DNA of 64,000 nt, from NCBI RefSeq assembly GCF_000150275.1, contig NW_002060950.1:1228106-1292105 (forward strand), written 5' to 3'. The stretch is from Trichoplax adhaerens (taxonomy: Eukaryota > Animalia > Placozoa). Both the position numbers and the translations under genes were made by a program. This document shows positions 33,721 through 48,900 of this stretch, one piece after another; the first letter of the stretch is position 1; the number at the start of each line of letters is the position of its first letter. The notes under the pieces are model-generated. The model was not told the origin of the DNA and did not search any database. It saw only the letters and a list, made by a program, of their open reading frames with translations.

Positions 33721-35850
33721 ACCCATTTAGTTGAACGCTTCAATGGAATCGGTAAAATCGATCAAGAAAACAAGTCTTTAAGCTAGACTCTAACGATTCC
33801 TTTGTACTACCGTATGGTATATCCTGAGCTTGGTGAGAGTTTATCCCATCAGAATGTCTATTATTATACAGGAAGGAAAAACTTTTAACGAGACCTTAGT
33901 AAGAAAACTTTTTATGGAGTGTTCCGCTGGGGGCCTACATACAGTAAATACAAGGGTATTTTTTCTCTCCAAAAGAATTTGTATAGACAACATTAGATGT
34001 TGACACTCTTGTCTTGAGACTTATTTTATCTTGAAGGAATACGTAGAATAATGGCTGATTTTATATTTATATATATATAATTATAGCTATCATTGAGTGA
34101 TTGATTAAGCGATAACCCCCAGAAATGGAGATCTATGTTCAGTTCAAGGAGAACTTACCTTCATCGTCAAAGTTGATATTGTCGTTGTAATGTGACTCAT
34201 AGTCACAAAATGAGTGAAATGAATGACAGACCCCCAGCCTAACCACTTGTCTTCTAACACCAATATTAAGCAAAAAAGATCAGCGAAGAATGCCTAATGA
34301 TGGCACCGAAAAGATTTGGCTTGCCTTCCTAGAAGAGAAATACATAGAATTAGTCATCTTGAATAAGCAACAGAAGAGTAGTCAATCCAATAATCAATAC
34401 AATTCATTGCCAAGTTATTTGTCAAGTGATAGCTCAAAATAACCCTAGTAGGATAAATTGATTAACGTCGTAAAAACGAGCATCAGATTTTTGATCAATG
34501 CCAACAATAACAAGTACTTAGTAAATAGAAGACTATTCGTTAATGTACGTATAGTTTGGCTTCTTCAAGGAAGAAATCTCTTTCTCGAAAACCGTCAAGT
34601 TTACATTTTAGAATGGAAAGTGGAGAAAAAAAAATATAGAATAATACTTTCACGGATGAATTTAAACGGACTACTTCGTTCGAGAATGAATTATAGTAGT
34701 CCAATTCTGAATGAAGCTATAGAAGTTTAAAAGATCAAGCACTATAGGGTTCCACATTCTTATATAATAATATCCGTAGTAAAATGAACAATTTCAGCTG
34801 CTTAGACATAACAGTAGAATTGATCATTTTCGGTGATTACAAGGCACTTTAAAGGAAAACGACCGCATTCGATAAATACGATATCTATATAATCAATACT
34901 TAACAATTTTACTGCTGTCAACAAAAAAGTACAAGTAAAAGGAACTTGTATCTTCATATTTACTCTAGGCCAAAGAAGTTAATTTCAGCGTTGACTGCAA
35001 TATGACTAGAATACATAGAATGAAACAGTTGGATAGCATAGAAGATAAAAAAAAAAAATGATATTAGGATAACTATAGCTATCTAGCGGTCTCCTTTTAA
35101 TGGATGACTGTATAATTTCTCCACAACGAAGTGAAATTCCTTTTTAGAAAATTCAAAAATCTAAAGCGTTAGCATTCATTTGGCATAGAAAATATATTTG
35201 ATTAGCGTAATCTGGATCTGGGTTTATCGTACTACAAAAATACTATCGCAGCGTCGATTAGCAATAGAGTCTAACTAAAAAAATATAACGTACAGAGGCG
35301 AATCCAAATCAGAATGTTAAATACTCTTTTAAAACAGTCAACAATGCAATACATATGTGTCAGAAATGATAGGAAAATATATTTATTAAATAAAGACATT
35401 AAGGAAGAGTTGGACTTTAACTAGCAATTTAAAGTAACAGGCTAGTTTTCTGTTAACGACTAAGCGAATTGACAATATTCAACTGCTGTCAAATCTACTA
35501 GTCTACACTGTGATATTGTATTTATTTATCCTCCTTCAGCAACGCATGTAGATTACAACTCCAGCCATATCCAGTATACCAACAAACAATGTAGTCAGTT
35601 CTGATGAGGACAGCGATATCTTTTATTTTCGTCCTCCATTATCCAAGATTGGATAAAGAAATACAGTACGAGGAGTAAAAACGAACTACCGCCAACGTAT
35701 GCCATGTCATGATATCCAATTTGATCCTGTATACTACCGTACGTACAGTCAAAAAGCGATGCTATCATTTCCATATTTTTCATTGACAATCCATTTAAAC
35801 AGGCTTGATCGAGAATTTTCAGTCAGATGATTAATCCAATCTATACATTA

Positions 35851-35908
35851 CCTAGCCTTATCTAGTTAAGTTAAAACACCTAGCCTTATCTAGTTAAGTT
35901 AAAACACC
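35851..35908. repeat. Perfect ~28-bp tandem duplication
   Basis: CCTAGCCTTATCTAGTTAAGTTAAAACA occurs twice in tandem. Confidence 0.9.
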
Positions 35909-38900
35909 CCCCACCCCCGGCCGATATCACGTAGGAAAGACTAGCAATTCATTCCGTACAATAAAAAATAAAAAATAATCTTTTGAGATATTCTAGGAAA
36001 TTTCCCCAATCGTCAATAAGTTGCAATTTGTATAGTACGATCAAGACACAATTCATCTACTTTACTAAGCATATTCCATGGCTGAAAATACAATCAAGTT
36101 GGAGTGATGAATGCGCTGCATATATTTTTCAAGACAATATTGAGACAGATGAATAAAAATAATAGCATCAAAAGTATGTAGAGTATATACTTTCCCCCCC
36201 CCCCCGCCAAAAAAAGATTACTCTTCTGTCTATTCTGCCTAACCGATAGATATTGTCATATAAATATATACTGTACATCAGCAGATAGTGCAGTTGAATC
36301 TAAAGCCAAAAGCTAATTCAATTCAATCTTACTCATCCAATTACGATCATGACTAGCATAAAATAAGGAGAAAAATTGAAAAAAATTGGAAAAAATTGAT
36401 TGTTCCAGGATGCGTCGTTGTTGGTATTGTTTATGCAAGAAAATTGTCATTTCGGATGATTGAAGATAGGAAAAGAGTGATGTCGAATTATCTAATGGAA
36501 TCAACTTGATAGAATGAAACTTCAGCCTTATTTTACAGGAAGGAGATTTGAACGTGGATGTTTACTTCATGGATGGATGAAAGAAAAATGACACAACTAA
36601 TATGATCATCGTTGAATCGCTTTCTCCTTGGCCTATTGCTCGTCTACTCGTATTATTATTCTATCATCGCCGTGTGTCCATCGATGATGGAAAATGTTGC
36701 TTACCTAGCCTTAAAAAACTGCTACCACTAAACGGCTGACTTTTCAATTGAATTATTGACTACAGGATTTCAAATTCAATCATCGACTTGGATGGCAGGT
36801 ACTCTTGCTCTTGAATCGACCGAAAATGGGCTTAAGATGAGGAGATGGAAAACTGAATGATGTTGATGATGAATTGCTATTTGCAAATAATTTGTAATAT
36901 GGAAAATTGACAACGAGTCGATTTCACTTTGTGTTCAGTATTGCTACAGACAAGACGATGGGAAAGACTGACGTCACAATGGATAACAATAGGATTAAGA
37001 GTTTATTTGTTGTCGCTTTTGTTCCAGTGCTGATCCAGTCAACACTGGTGCGACTCGTAGTACAATACACGTCAATCAGCATAATCGTCATGGGAATGTT
37101 GTCCTCTCCAGTCAGATCCACTCAGTGCTTGGTGTTGTTTGGCACACATCGATCATTGCTGACAATACGACGGCCTTCGAAAGCTGTATTCACCCTTGAG
37201 TCGGTCAGGTGTCTTGACAACACACTCTATGTGTGCGTCGTCGCACTCCAAACCTTCGACAGGTGTAGGTGTGTATGGACAGACAGTATGGTAGCCAAAA
37301 CGATTCCCACTCTCATTTTCTCCAATTTCTAGAGTAATTTCCAGAGTAATTTCTGCAAGAGTAGGCATGGCCACTCACTACAGTCTGGTCTAGTCCAACT
37401 ACAATGGTATTGAAACTAGAGTGCTACTACCCTAGATAGGAATACACTAGCAAAGAGCGATGAGAAAGACGATAACTTGCCCATCCTGTTCAACAACGGA
37501 TTATTGTTGAACTAACGGCCGGGTGGCTGGACGGACGGCCGCTTTCGGCCAACATGAAGACGAACATGCAAGCAAATAAATCGACTTATTTTAACCGCAT
37601 TGCTATCGGCCATAAGGGAGTAGCGATCACTCCTATTGGCTATATTTTCTACATACGTCAGGCTCTATTTTTTCTTTGGATTACTCTTTTTCCCGTTGCG
37701 CTGTCTGCTTTGCAAGGATTAACCAAGGAATTCTTCCCTATGCAATTTTAACAAGATGATCAGTGATATTGATCACGATTATAGATTCTTGTCTATTGTT
37801 TCATTTTGCTGTTTTATCCATTTTTTCTACCCTGACAACCATTGTCGGCTGAATGACATACAAGTCCTGGAACTAATTTGAGTTTATAAAAAATAAACGA
37901 TAACAAATTATTATAATGGGTTAACTAGATCATTGTCTCATTTTTCTTTCACTTTTTCGAAAAGATTCCACCAATACGATCATACTGTTCTACAAAACAA
38001 AAGTCAATTCCTAGCGATTCAATATCCAATCGTCATAGTAATGGTACATTCTTGAAGAGGAATACTATACGCAAGTCCCCTTTTATAATAGTGCTTCTTG
38101 TAAAGTTATTTTTTATTCTTGCTACTCTTATTGTCATTATCATAATAATTATGATGAGAATGATTGTTCCGATGATGAATGCAATCGATGGCTCTGAGGG
38201 ACTTGATTCAAAATTGGCGGACAATATTCAAAAGAAAACCAGTCAGACTTTCATTAAAACGTAAATAGTGAATCAACCACTGTAAAAAGAAATCCATCCC
38301 ATATGAAAGCGTAATGACCAATATCATAGACTACACAAACATGCTTCAATCAGTCAATTACCATCTTCATAGGTAAGCTCAAATTTACACATCTACAGTA
38401 CTTCGAGATTGATATATTACAGTAACGATTGGTAATACTCCTCCCATTCCATTATTCTTCCAAACTATCCAGGTGTCCCAGAGCATCAAAGAAGTTAATT
38501 CCTTATCACGTGGTTGTAATTCTGCATAATATCGGCAATAGTATCAAATACTTTCTATTGACAGCTAAAGTTGTTAGTGGTAGATGCATTTGATAATGTA
38601 CATTTTTGGTATACGTATAATCGGTCGGTTATTGGCCTTGTAGAATAGGTCATAGAAAGTGAAGAACGATACAATCTCTTAATAGAAATGATGTAGCTTA
38701 ATCTATATCAAGCGGACATGACTCGAGTAAGCTTGAATTTCAGTACTGCCACCAAGAAAGTTTCTCCAGTTTTAAAAATGATACAACAACCATTATTATG
38801 TTCATTCAAATAATAACAACTAAAATAGAATAAATTTGTATTACGTATTGCATAGAACCTTGAATTGGCAATGCTGGTTATTAATATCGTTATCGTTAAT

Positions 38901-41900
38901 CATCAACGTGCACCATAATCATCATCTAGCTGAACAGTAATTTATCAACCCCACTCATGTCAACACAACCTACGGTAGAAATGATTAGCAACCCGCGGAC
39001 TACGACGACGCAGCATCAAAATCATCAGAAATTGATTAATAAATTTGGCCAAATTTCTATAGAAACGTACCAACATTTCTGAAAGAGAAGAAAGGCACTA
39101 AAAAAGAAAAGATATTTCATTCCTAACTGGAATCACATATTTTCATCCAATAAAATGATACACCCCATATCAATAGGACTCGAAGTAACTCTTTTCAAAC
39201 TTATAGTTTCGATTGCCAACTTACTACACTTTGCATTCTTTCTTATAGTTATCAATAGAGTATTCTTTCTATAGAAAAAGAATTCAATCCGATAAAGCTA
39301 GAAAATACACATACTACAGGTGATATGCACAAAGACATGAAAATGATAATTTACTCAAATAAGAAATGATAGGAAATCTCATCTCAAGATTGATGAAAAT
39401 ATCAACACTCGATACAAGAATTGGTCAAATGTTGCCACACTGTTTGCAAGAAGTCAATAATTTATGTGTACTAAATCGAAAATTTTATTTCAGATCAATG
39501 TAATAATTTCGGTACAATTGTTATTATTTATTTAGGAGAATAATCAACACTTTGGAATTACAATAACAATAGCGCTATATCTGCGGCTAGGTAGCCAAGA
39601 ATAAAAACTTTTTGCTTAAAACTGTAGTATTGGCGGAATATTTTTTATGGTAGTCAACGTTATAGGTTAGAAGCAATTACCATGTTTTATACTACAGTAG
39701 CTACCGCTTCATTTTAAAATATACCGTATAGAGTAACATCATCAGAATAGGCTCGCTGAAGTAGTAAACAATTCATCGTCAACAGCAATGCCTTCATAAA
39801 ACCATATTTTAATTTATTCCATACACTACAACTGCAATCACAGCTAAATTTTACAGTCATCAGGAACTGTACAAAACAAAAAAATTCAAAGGTCAATAAA
39901 GTCAGGTGTGATAATATAAAGCTTAATCATGATTCTAAAATTGCTTGAAAAATTGACATGGTACTTTACATAAAGGAGGCCTGGGATACAATTGCTACGC
40001 TTGTTCATGGAAAATAAATAACATTCATATGTTCAAATAGTAATGTACTAATGCATTGGGCAATTATAACGTTGCATTCAATAAGTTTAATAAAACTTAT
40101 GTTGGACGATGGTATGACATTTTTTGATAGAAATATTGTAAATCCAACACATAATCACTATTTATATCAGCTCAATCCTTGCTATCATCAGAAATTATCA
40201 TTACTTGTGGAACCGCATCAAAATGCATCATATCATAAACGGAAGAAAACTTGAATGTAAATCATATCTCCGACGAATAATACTTTTATTCGCCAATAAA
40301 TTAAGGACATGAAGAAGTTACGTCATGCTACGGTATATACGAGTAGTTCTTTCAGTTTAAAATTATGTGTTCAAATTAAGGTACAGATATCAAATACGTT
40401 CCAATTAATCAGTCAAGAAATCTGATGAAGAAGCATGTCGATAATTTGACTAATCGATTCAAACTAGGAATTATGATAAAGGGAAGGTCTTTATAGCCTT
40501 TAAGAGAACATATTAGCGGGTATTTATTTAATCACCCGATTGCTGATTCATGATTAATTGATACAACTATGGATCGCTGCTAATTACTCAAATTTGTCTC
40601 GATTTGATGACTGGGCCGCAATGGGAATCATCTCTTTCGTCCATTTGAAACGCCAAATTTCTATAATCGAATGTTACCAAAGATAATGACTCAAGGCATC
40701 TGTAGTCACTTTCATTTTTCGTTTTAATGTATTGCTCGCTAAATTAGGGAAAATAATTAAATGATTTAAGGCCAAAAGCGCTTTACAATAATTTTTAGCA
40801 ATATAAGCTTAGCATGACATATTTCAACTTGACGTATATTCATATTCATTAATAATATTACATTGATAGCCCATTAGATTCATAAGTTAGTCATTTCAAA
40901 TTGTATCATAAACTTTACAACAACGGTATCCCTTATTTCTATTACTTTAAAAAACAATAGCGGTATCTTATTAAAGATGTTGATTTCTTAATTATTAATT
41001 ATTATCTTACATGTACCATTATTTATTATGCCTTTATTATTATCATTTTTATGAGTAAAAGAAAATATTATTTCATTCTTAATTAGTAAAATAATTACCC
41101 TATAACAGATCTAAAACCAGATGTCTATAGGTCATCAGTCTTTATATTGACAATCTAAGGTTAAGGTTATCGTATCCATTAGGAATTGAAACAGTCTTTG
41201 GTATCATGATCAGAATGTAACAATAACTATCGAATATGCAGCTTTGCGATTTCAGCCTCAAATGTCGAAAATATAATTTACCACTAACTGTCTAAAATAG
41301 TAAAAATTTTAAGATTCACAATTAAATTATTAGATCTAATGGTTGCATTCACACCGTTAGTACCGCAATCTATAAATTCAGTTACTTCATGCCTTTCAAT
41401 TTACCCTTGACATCTATTTTGCTATTATGTCGGTTAATTATCAGCAATTACTAATTTACTGTAATAAGTTCTTACATCAGTAATGTCCAAGTGCCTAATC
41501 AACAATCTCTTATCGTGATTATTAAATTAGTCGAATGCAATTAAAGTGATACTAAATTTAATATCAATCAAATGATATGTGCTTACGATCTGTGCTGCTT
41601 TTATGAGTTTAACAAGGAATATTATACCCTCTATCGGTTACAGCAGAAGCTTTCGCTTTACATATCACTACGATTAGGAATCTTCAAAACCTCCTATCAG
41701 TGGCACACATTCTTGTGCTATATTCTTTTTATATTATATTGGCACGTGATTACTACAGGCGCTTACCAACCAACCCCTCAAATAATATTAAAGATTATCT
41801 CTTAGAACTCTATCAAGGATTACTGGAATCTCAATATTTTTAGTGCTAGAAGTTCTTGACCCCTTCGATTAGATTAACGTATGTTAATTTCTCACAATAA

Positions 41901-44900
41901 ATCAGCTTAGAATACATCATTTAATTTTAAACAAATGGATGGCATTGTTAAAAAGAATGTCAACATGGAAGAAGGCCAATTTTAAAATTACTAGAATCGT
42001 AATACATCTATTGTACTATCGGAATTAAATAGTGAAATAGCTCAATAATAATTTCTAAACGAAATCTATGATTTCAAGCCACATAATTATTTCTCAACAC
42101 AATTAAAAAATCTAAAAATCTATGACCTTCAACCACGGTTCAGGTGTCTATTATATTCAATAGAAGTAGAATACTTCAAAGTATTAGGAGCAAGAATTTT
42201 AGTAATCAATATTAAAAACGCGCCATAAAAACTGACCCAAAATGTATAAAATGGCAGCTAATTTATAACACTGGCAAAATGCCACATGGGCCGATTGACA
42301 TAGCATGCATAAAAGATATTGCAAGTAAATTGAATCACTTCCTATTTGCTATCACTAGCCTGCATTAAATCTAAATTTGATTTCTATATCATCAATTTAT
42401 GTGTGCTGACCGACATCATAGCTTGAGAATTTTCGGTGAACTCAAACAATGAGAGAACCTGAAGTAATAAAATTAACCTCAATGTTTAGATTAATTAGAA
42501 GTTCTACAGTATAAATGATGTCATAAACTCTATTATCACGTCTTAATAATCAGACTATAGGCAATTATTTACTTTAAAGCAAAAGTAAACTGAAAGTTCA
42601 GCGATTACGGACAATTTCAAGTGAAAACATAATATGTATTAAGCTAATTTTAGCAACTGTTGTATACTAAACAGAAAATCGAGAATTTAATCTGTGCAGT
42701 ACGTCATTCAGTTGCTGCGACTAGACTGACACCAGAATAAAACCATTTTCTTGATTATTTTTCGCCATTTTGCACAGACAAAAGTACTGATCTTCTGTCG
42801 AATATTATTATTTCTAAATATTGGTGGCGAACAAAATATCAAGTTACTGTTTTTCTTTTAGGAATTTGTGAAAACAAAACATGCTTTCATTACTCAAGTT
42901 AAAATTTGAGTAATTACACCAATCTAAGACTAATTACAGTCAGTATCGAAGTGAAAGGGTTTACAGATGAATACCATTTAAAAACTTATATTCAAACTTT
43001 GAGATAGATTAGAACATAGAAAAATACCTTTCTGAGTTAAAATTGGTGCGGAATATGAGTTGAGTTTTGTTTCCGAAATCTATCGTTACCAAATCCGGCT
43101 TTCATTAGCGGTGAAGTTAAATAATAGAAATATCATGCATTACTATGCTGTCTAATAGCGTCATAGAAGGAGAAAAAAATAATAAATGCAATTTAATTAT
43201 TATATTCAAAGCTTAGATATAACTTAAACAACCAAAGCAATGTCAGTTAGAAGAATTGTATTCACGTATACCGACAATTCTGCGCTAACTTCTTTGGTCG
43301 CGTCTACGGAAGAAAATCCGAGCACTGTGTTATCTCGAGTAATGATAGTATAGACGTTAATAATTTATTATTACAAGTATTACGACTAATGCCATAAGAT
43401 TTATTGGTGTTAAATCATAGACTGGCTTTAATTATTAGGGTCGACTGACATCTTTGAAGGCTAACTAATTGATTTCAAACTTAAACATATGAGTATTAAA
43501 ATATTACTTACAATAATATTGCCATGAAAATAAACTGCAGTATCAATTCTGCAGATACATCAGCGATCCAATGGCTGGCAAGGAGAATCAGTCATTAAAG
43601 AATTGATTCGCGTGTTGAGCTACTAGAATATTAATTAAGTTTATAACAATACTATTGCAACTTTTACGCTTACTAAATCTACTATTTATAGTATTAAAGT
43701 AATTATGAAGTGGACGTTATCAATTTTAGTCGGTGGCATGGGCCAACGATAATTCCAGGCAATGAAAACTTTATTTCGGCTTATTATTGTATGAAAATGC
43801 TTTTGCGTGGCAATATTTTAAGTCTGAATGTTTATGAGTACTTATTGACTCATTTATTAATAGGGGGTAGATTATTCAAATTTATAGTATGATATAAAAT
43901 TAATATAAATATTGGGAACATTTACTTTCTAAGACAAAATTAGAATCAGTATGAATGTTTATTTTTTACCTGCGGTAATGATTTAAGCAAAAGCTCTTTA
44001 TCGAGACATTTCCAGTACAGTATTTCTGGTACTGGATTGATAAAGATTGTAATTCGCTGAATTCAACATATTGAACGTGCGTGGCTTGGTTATGGCATAA
44101 CATCCCACGTCAATAGGAGCTTGGTATAATAATACGGCGTCTATATAAATTTTTTAGCGGGCGTTAAAATGCAAGATTACAATAATCTATAAATACTTAT
44201 AAAAATCTTATACAGTAAGGATAGTATAGCCTATAAAGTATATTGCCATGGCTGTGAATTACCGTAACATGAATATTATAGAGCATTTTTATATTAAGTT
44301 TTGTGTGCGCTTATATGTCGGTGATATTTACGATCTTCTTACCGTAATACCTTAGAGAAAGGTAGTTGTTGATATATAAGCAATCCTTTGTAGCATGCTT
44401 TGCCTTATCCTAATCTAGCATTGAAATATCAACCAATTGGCATTCCAATTTTCGGTAACGTAGACCAAAGAAAACCCTTTTTATATTGTATTTTTCAAGT
44501 TAGCAGTATTCCTAGCTTACAACAAAGTTAAAAGACTTCCTGTAGGCCTGTAGGGAATAAAATCCAAAAAGCAAAGGAATTTGCCATATTATTAATTTCT
44601 TGAAATCCTAAGTATTATTTAAAAAAACTTTCCGTGACGGCGTATATCCTTATAACACCATAAGATAGCATTGCCAGTAACTTGTTAGGGTTCGTATCGT
44701 AATTCACGTTATTATTCTGATTTTTTTGCATTTGCGAATTATATCGATGGCTTACATAGATTTTTATAATAAAACGATATACGTATGCCACTATGAAAAA
44801 TATAAGACAAATTTACGTACACAGCTACTATCAGTACGCGTACAGTATATTGAATAGGTTCGCTTTGAGTAATTAATAAGACGTGCAAAGCCACAATTTG

Positions 44901-45489
44901 GTAGTCAACTTTGGCTTTAAACTAAGTAAGGCATTGAGAAGATCATGACTGGAATTCAGGGAGTCTTCATGTGTCACAGGTCATAGAGTTTAAGGGATTG
45001 ATCCTTATTAATTAACTATTAATATTAATTGCAAGAACTATGAGCAAACGTATTCAGTTACCGCAGCTTATCTGTGTTTTTAATTGGACAAAGTCTAACC
45101 TTCTATCGGCATCAACTTCTTATGCCAAAGGCAATAATTTTCCATAGTTTAATTTATTTAACAAAAATGTGAGCATTGGCACACTTCGGGTTTATCTGTA
45201 GCTTATATACTGCAATTCAACAGCTTCTACTACTCGCTAATCTTACTGAGTCTTTCAATATAGAGATTTATGCCGGTAAATTTGTGCAGGCATAATGTTT
45301 TATTGACATCAAAAGTGAGCATAGAAGCATTACTGCACTACATCATATTAGAATAATAATTTTATGTACATCAATAAGGAGCATAGATGTTCGCTGCTAT
45401 GCGCCATAAGTAGAAATGTACAAGTGCTTAAAGTAATGCTTAAGAGTAGCCATCTTTTCTATGATCTAATCTATCACGTGATACTTGCG

Positions 45490-45503
45490 GTTGCCATGGA
45501 GAC
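45490..45503. promoter_or_regulatory. RFX X-box motif upstream of the LRRC27-like gene
   Basis: GTTGCCATGGAGAC fits the X-box consensus (GTTGCCATGGCAAC-type). It is adjacent to an E-box TCACGTGA (45474) and about 490 bp before the ATG. Confidence 0.7.
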
Positions 45504-45992
45504 TTCCCCAATAGGCGATGTTTTAAGTCTGTTTCCAGCATACTCTCTAACTATCGAAGTCGTATAGTGGCTTCTACATAATTACAACCGAACGGAAACG
45601 TTAGATAATGCACTATGCTGTACAGTGCAAATAGCTTACAATAGATGGCATCGATATTACTGTGTCAGTACTTATTTGGCGTTTTTTATGGCTTAATTTG
45701 TACGTAAATCCATTTTAAGCCTTTGCATTACTTGATTGCGTATATTTAGTATTTACTTATTACAGTATGAATTTGATGAAAGCTTGTAGAGGTTACGCAA
45801 ACAAGACTACAGCAATGAGAGAACTGTATGATCTGAGGTAAAAGGGTTACTATAGAGTAGTAGAAACGCCCGTATAAATATTAACTTTAGGAGGTTAATC
45901 TTGTAGTTATTGTCGTATCTTATATTATACCTGCACAGCTACAGGAGTATATCGTATTATTATAGTGTATTATCAGCACACAGGAAATATGA

Positions 45993-48900
45993 ATGGCGGC
46001 CATTAATGGTGATCATATTCAACATTTAATACAAAAATGCAAGGTCGATGGCAGTATTTCCATAGACTTAAGCCAGATGAATATTACCCGAATCAGTGAT
46101 GAATTACTGTCCTTGGATCATATTGAAGTAAGCCTTAAAAGTGTATTTGTTCTCTTCTATTAAAGCAATATTATTCGTCTCAAAGTTTAGTACGGTCCAG
46201 CGATTGACATTTTATTTTATCTTATTAACTTCTTTTAACGTTGTAATTTATTCGAATTTCATGATCAGACAGATAGTAACTTTTGGTTTACAGTGTCTAA
46301 GTGAGATTAAATGAGGATAACGATAATATTTTCTGTTCTGCTGCTTATTTATTGTATGTAAGAGTAGAATATATAAGTATGCTCTACTGTACACATGAAC
46401 GTTGAACAAAAATATTTAGCAACTAAAAAAATGAAGAAAAACTGTTAGAGAGGATATTTAATAAAAATGCCATCACATCACCCGATTTACCTGCTGTATA
46501 GGATAGTACTTGTACTTAGTAAAGAATTATAGAGTTTAACCCAAAATCACAATTTTTTGATGACAGGCTTACCACAGCATCAAACAAACGACATACTCGT
46601 TATTAATCGCTGTGCTATAGTCTCTGCTAAATATATCATCTTAATTACTCTAAATGCTTATGACCATCTTTTCATCTTGGCAATTAAAAGATAGCAACGA
46701 ATGAATTAGGAAGGCAGTATTACAACTGTTATCATATGAATGCTATTTTGGGGGCTTAATTCTATCATCTTCTTACGATCAAGAATCTGTTTCTAAATTG
46801 TAGCCTTGCTTGTGTATTAAGAAATTGCAGATTTCATTATGATACCAATCAATCTAATTCATTCTGAAACTCCTTAATCTGTGATTAAATCACAGTAACA
46901 CGGAATGCTTTATAAATGCATTTCGAAGACACGTAACTTCGAATCATACACGATTCTTCATCCTAGGTTGATAAGGTGATTGTAATTAACGCCCTACTTA
47001 AACATTTACCGACGTTGGTAATCTAACTACAGAAAGGGCCTTGCTAGCAAAATTATCACTTGCATGGCATGCGGTAATCAAACTATATCTCAAGTTAAAA
47101 TTTGATGTAATGAACAAATGGCAGTAATTAATAATAGAAATGTTACCTATATATTTCCTTTCTGACACATACACAGAATTTAGTACTGCATGTAGTTAAC
47201 TATCATTGATCAGTAAAAAACATTTAAAGGTCAATATAAAGAAAGAAAATTAAACGGCAATTATTACAACTCTTAACTTGTAATCTGTCTTATGTATGAT
47301 TTCTAAGCCAATAAGAGTTTTAACAATCAAAAATTTAAGCCCTCCTCCGCCATTTTTGTCACCGCCAATAAGATCTCTAGGAGTTAAAGCATCGTTACTA
47401 CCTACTGTACCGTAGCTTAACGCTACATTTAGTTTTAGCAGTAATCTTTTTCTCCCTTATTCCTGAATTCACGCGATTATATGCTAACTAAATATAGAAT
47501 TTAATTGTATTGTATACTGTGCTATAAAACTGATTCCTTATTACTATATCAAAAATGGCTATAAATAGACATGTAACTGCAATCTATGTTTACCATTTAT
47601 AGTTTTAAAAATTAAAAGTTCTAATTGAAAAATAAAGAACGATTCTATCGATTTGTGCGTTTCACTAAGCTAAATTTAGAAATGATAAATAATTCACTAT
47701 CGTATGTTTATATTTTCGAATTATAGCAATTATATCTTGAAGGAAATAAATTACTGGCACTTCCAGATGACTTTTTTGATAGATTACCTTCACTGAGATG
47801 GCTAGACTTAAGAAATAATCAGTTGCAAAGCATTCCTTCATCTATCGGAAATCATAAGTAAGTGAAGTACCCGGTACTTAAAATCATAAAGCAATGGGGC
47901 AATATCCAGTAATTAGTGCAAGATTAAATTGAGTCACAGAGAATAATGTTATAGTTACTTATCCGTAAATATCATGATCTTGCGTCAACGAATTAAAATA
48001 ACGATACATTTATTGTTAGCTTTAATGATAATACCATTCCTTTTCAATTGAAAATCTTACATCTTTATTAATAGAACCCTGACTAATTTACTTTTAAGCG
48101 GAAATTTACTGACGGAGTTGCCAGTAGAATTAGGTAGGATCGGCCTTTACTCAACAGATAGTTTGAATTGCGTATCAATCGAATAGCAAATTCGCATCGT
48201 TTGCACTATTTCGGTATACTATGATTGCAGCGCCATTAATATTTACTATTTACGTAATTTATGGTAAAAGGTAATTTGACAACAATGGAGGGTATTAATT
48301 TTAATAATAACCCACTCAGTTTTCCTCCAACAGAAATTCAGCAACAAGGAATTCAGGTATTTTTGTGTTATAGCGCTATTATATTCAACAGTCTCAATAT
48401 GTCTTAAACTGTGAATTATTATTGTCTACTAATGGCTACCTTGCCGATGCTTTATAATTATCATATATTTATCGAACGAAAACATTAATTACAGTTTAAG
48501 GCCATTTTATTACGAAGTAAATTACAATGCAATTAATAAATTTTAGGACTTTGCCTAATTTTTATACCGACTTTCGATAGAAAGATGGGCAGTAGATTAC
48601 ATTACTTACGTGGATTCTAACACTTTTTAATGTTGATTCAGGTCCTCAACACTTTACTCCGTAGATCTTCATTAAATAATTAGAAAATATTCTCTGATTC
48701 TTATAAATGAACCTTTATATGTTCATGTCAATAGGCTCTCTTTGATAATGTACTACGTTTAAAACTTTTAGCGAAATTCGGAATACTTATTAATCCAATA
48801 GCGTAGAGGTGTCATGTACCTATGCTGACTTTTAATTTCTCTTAAATTCATAAAGGCTAACACTTATAAATGGTTTACATACTGTAGATTTCATTTAGAA

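Noticed and set aside
36924-37121. Opsin/GPCR-like look of TSVDWISTG...VFPIVL
   Set aside because: Short, flanked by stops, with no other TM motifs in frame.
38033-38264. Hydrophobic ORFs on both strands resembling single-pass membrane proteins
   Set aside because: ATT/AAT-rich sequence gives Ile-rich peptides on both strands; TTG starts and no splice support.
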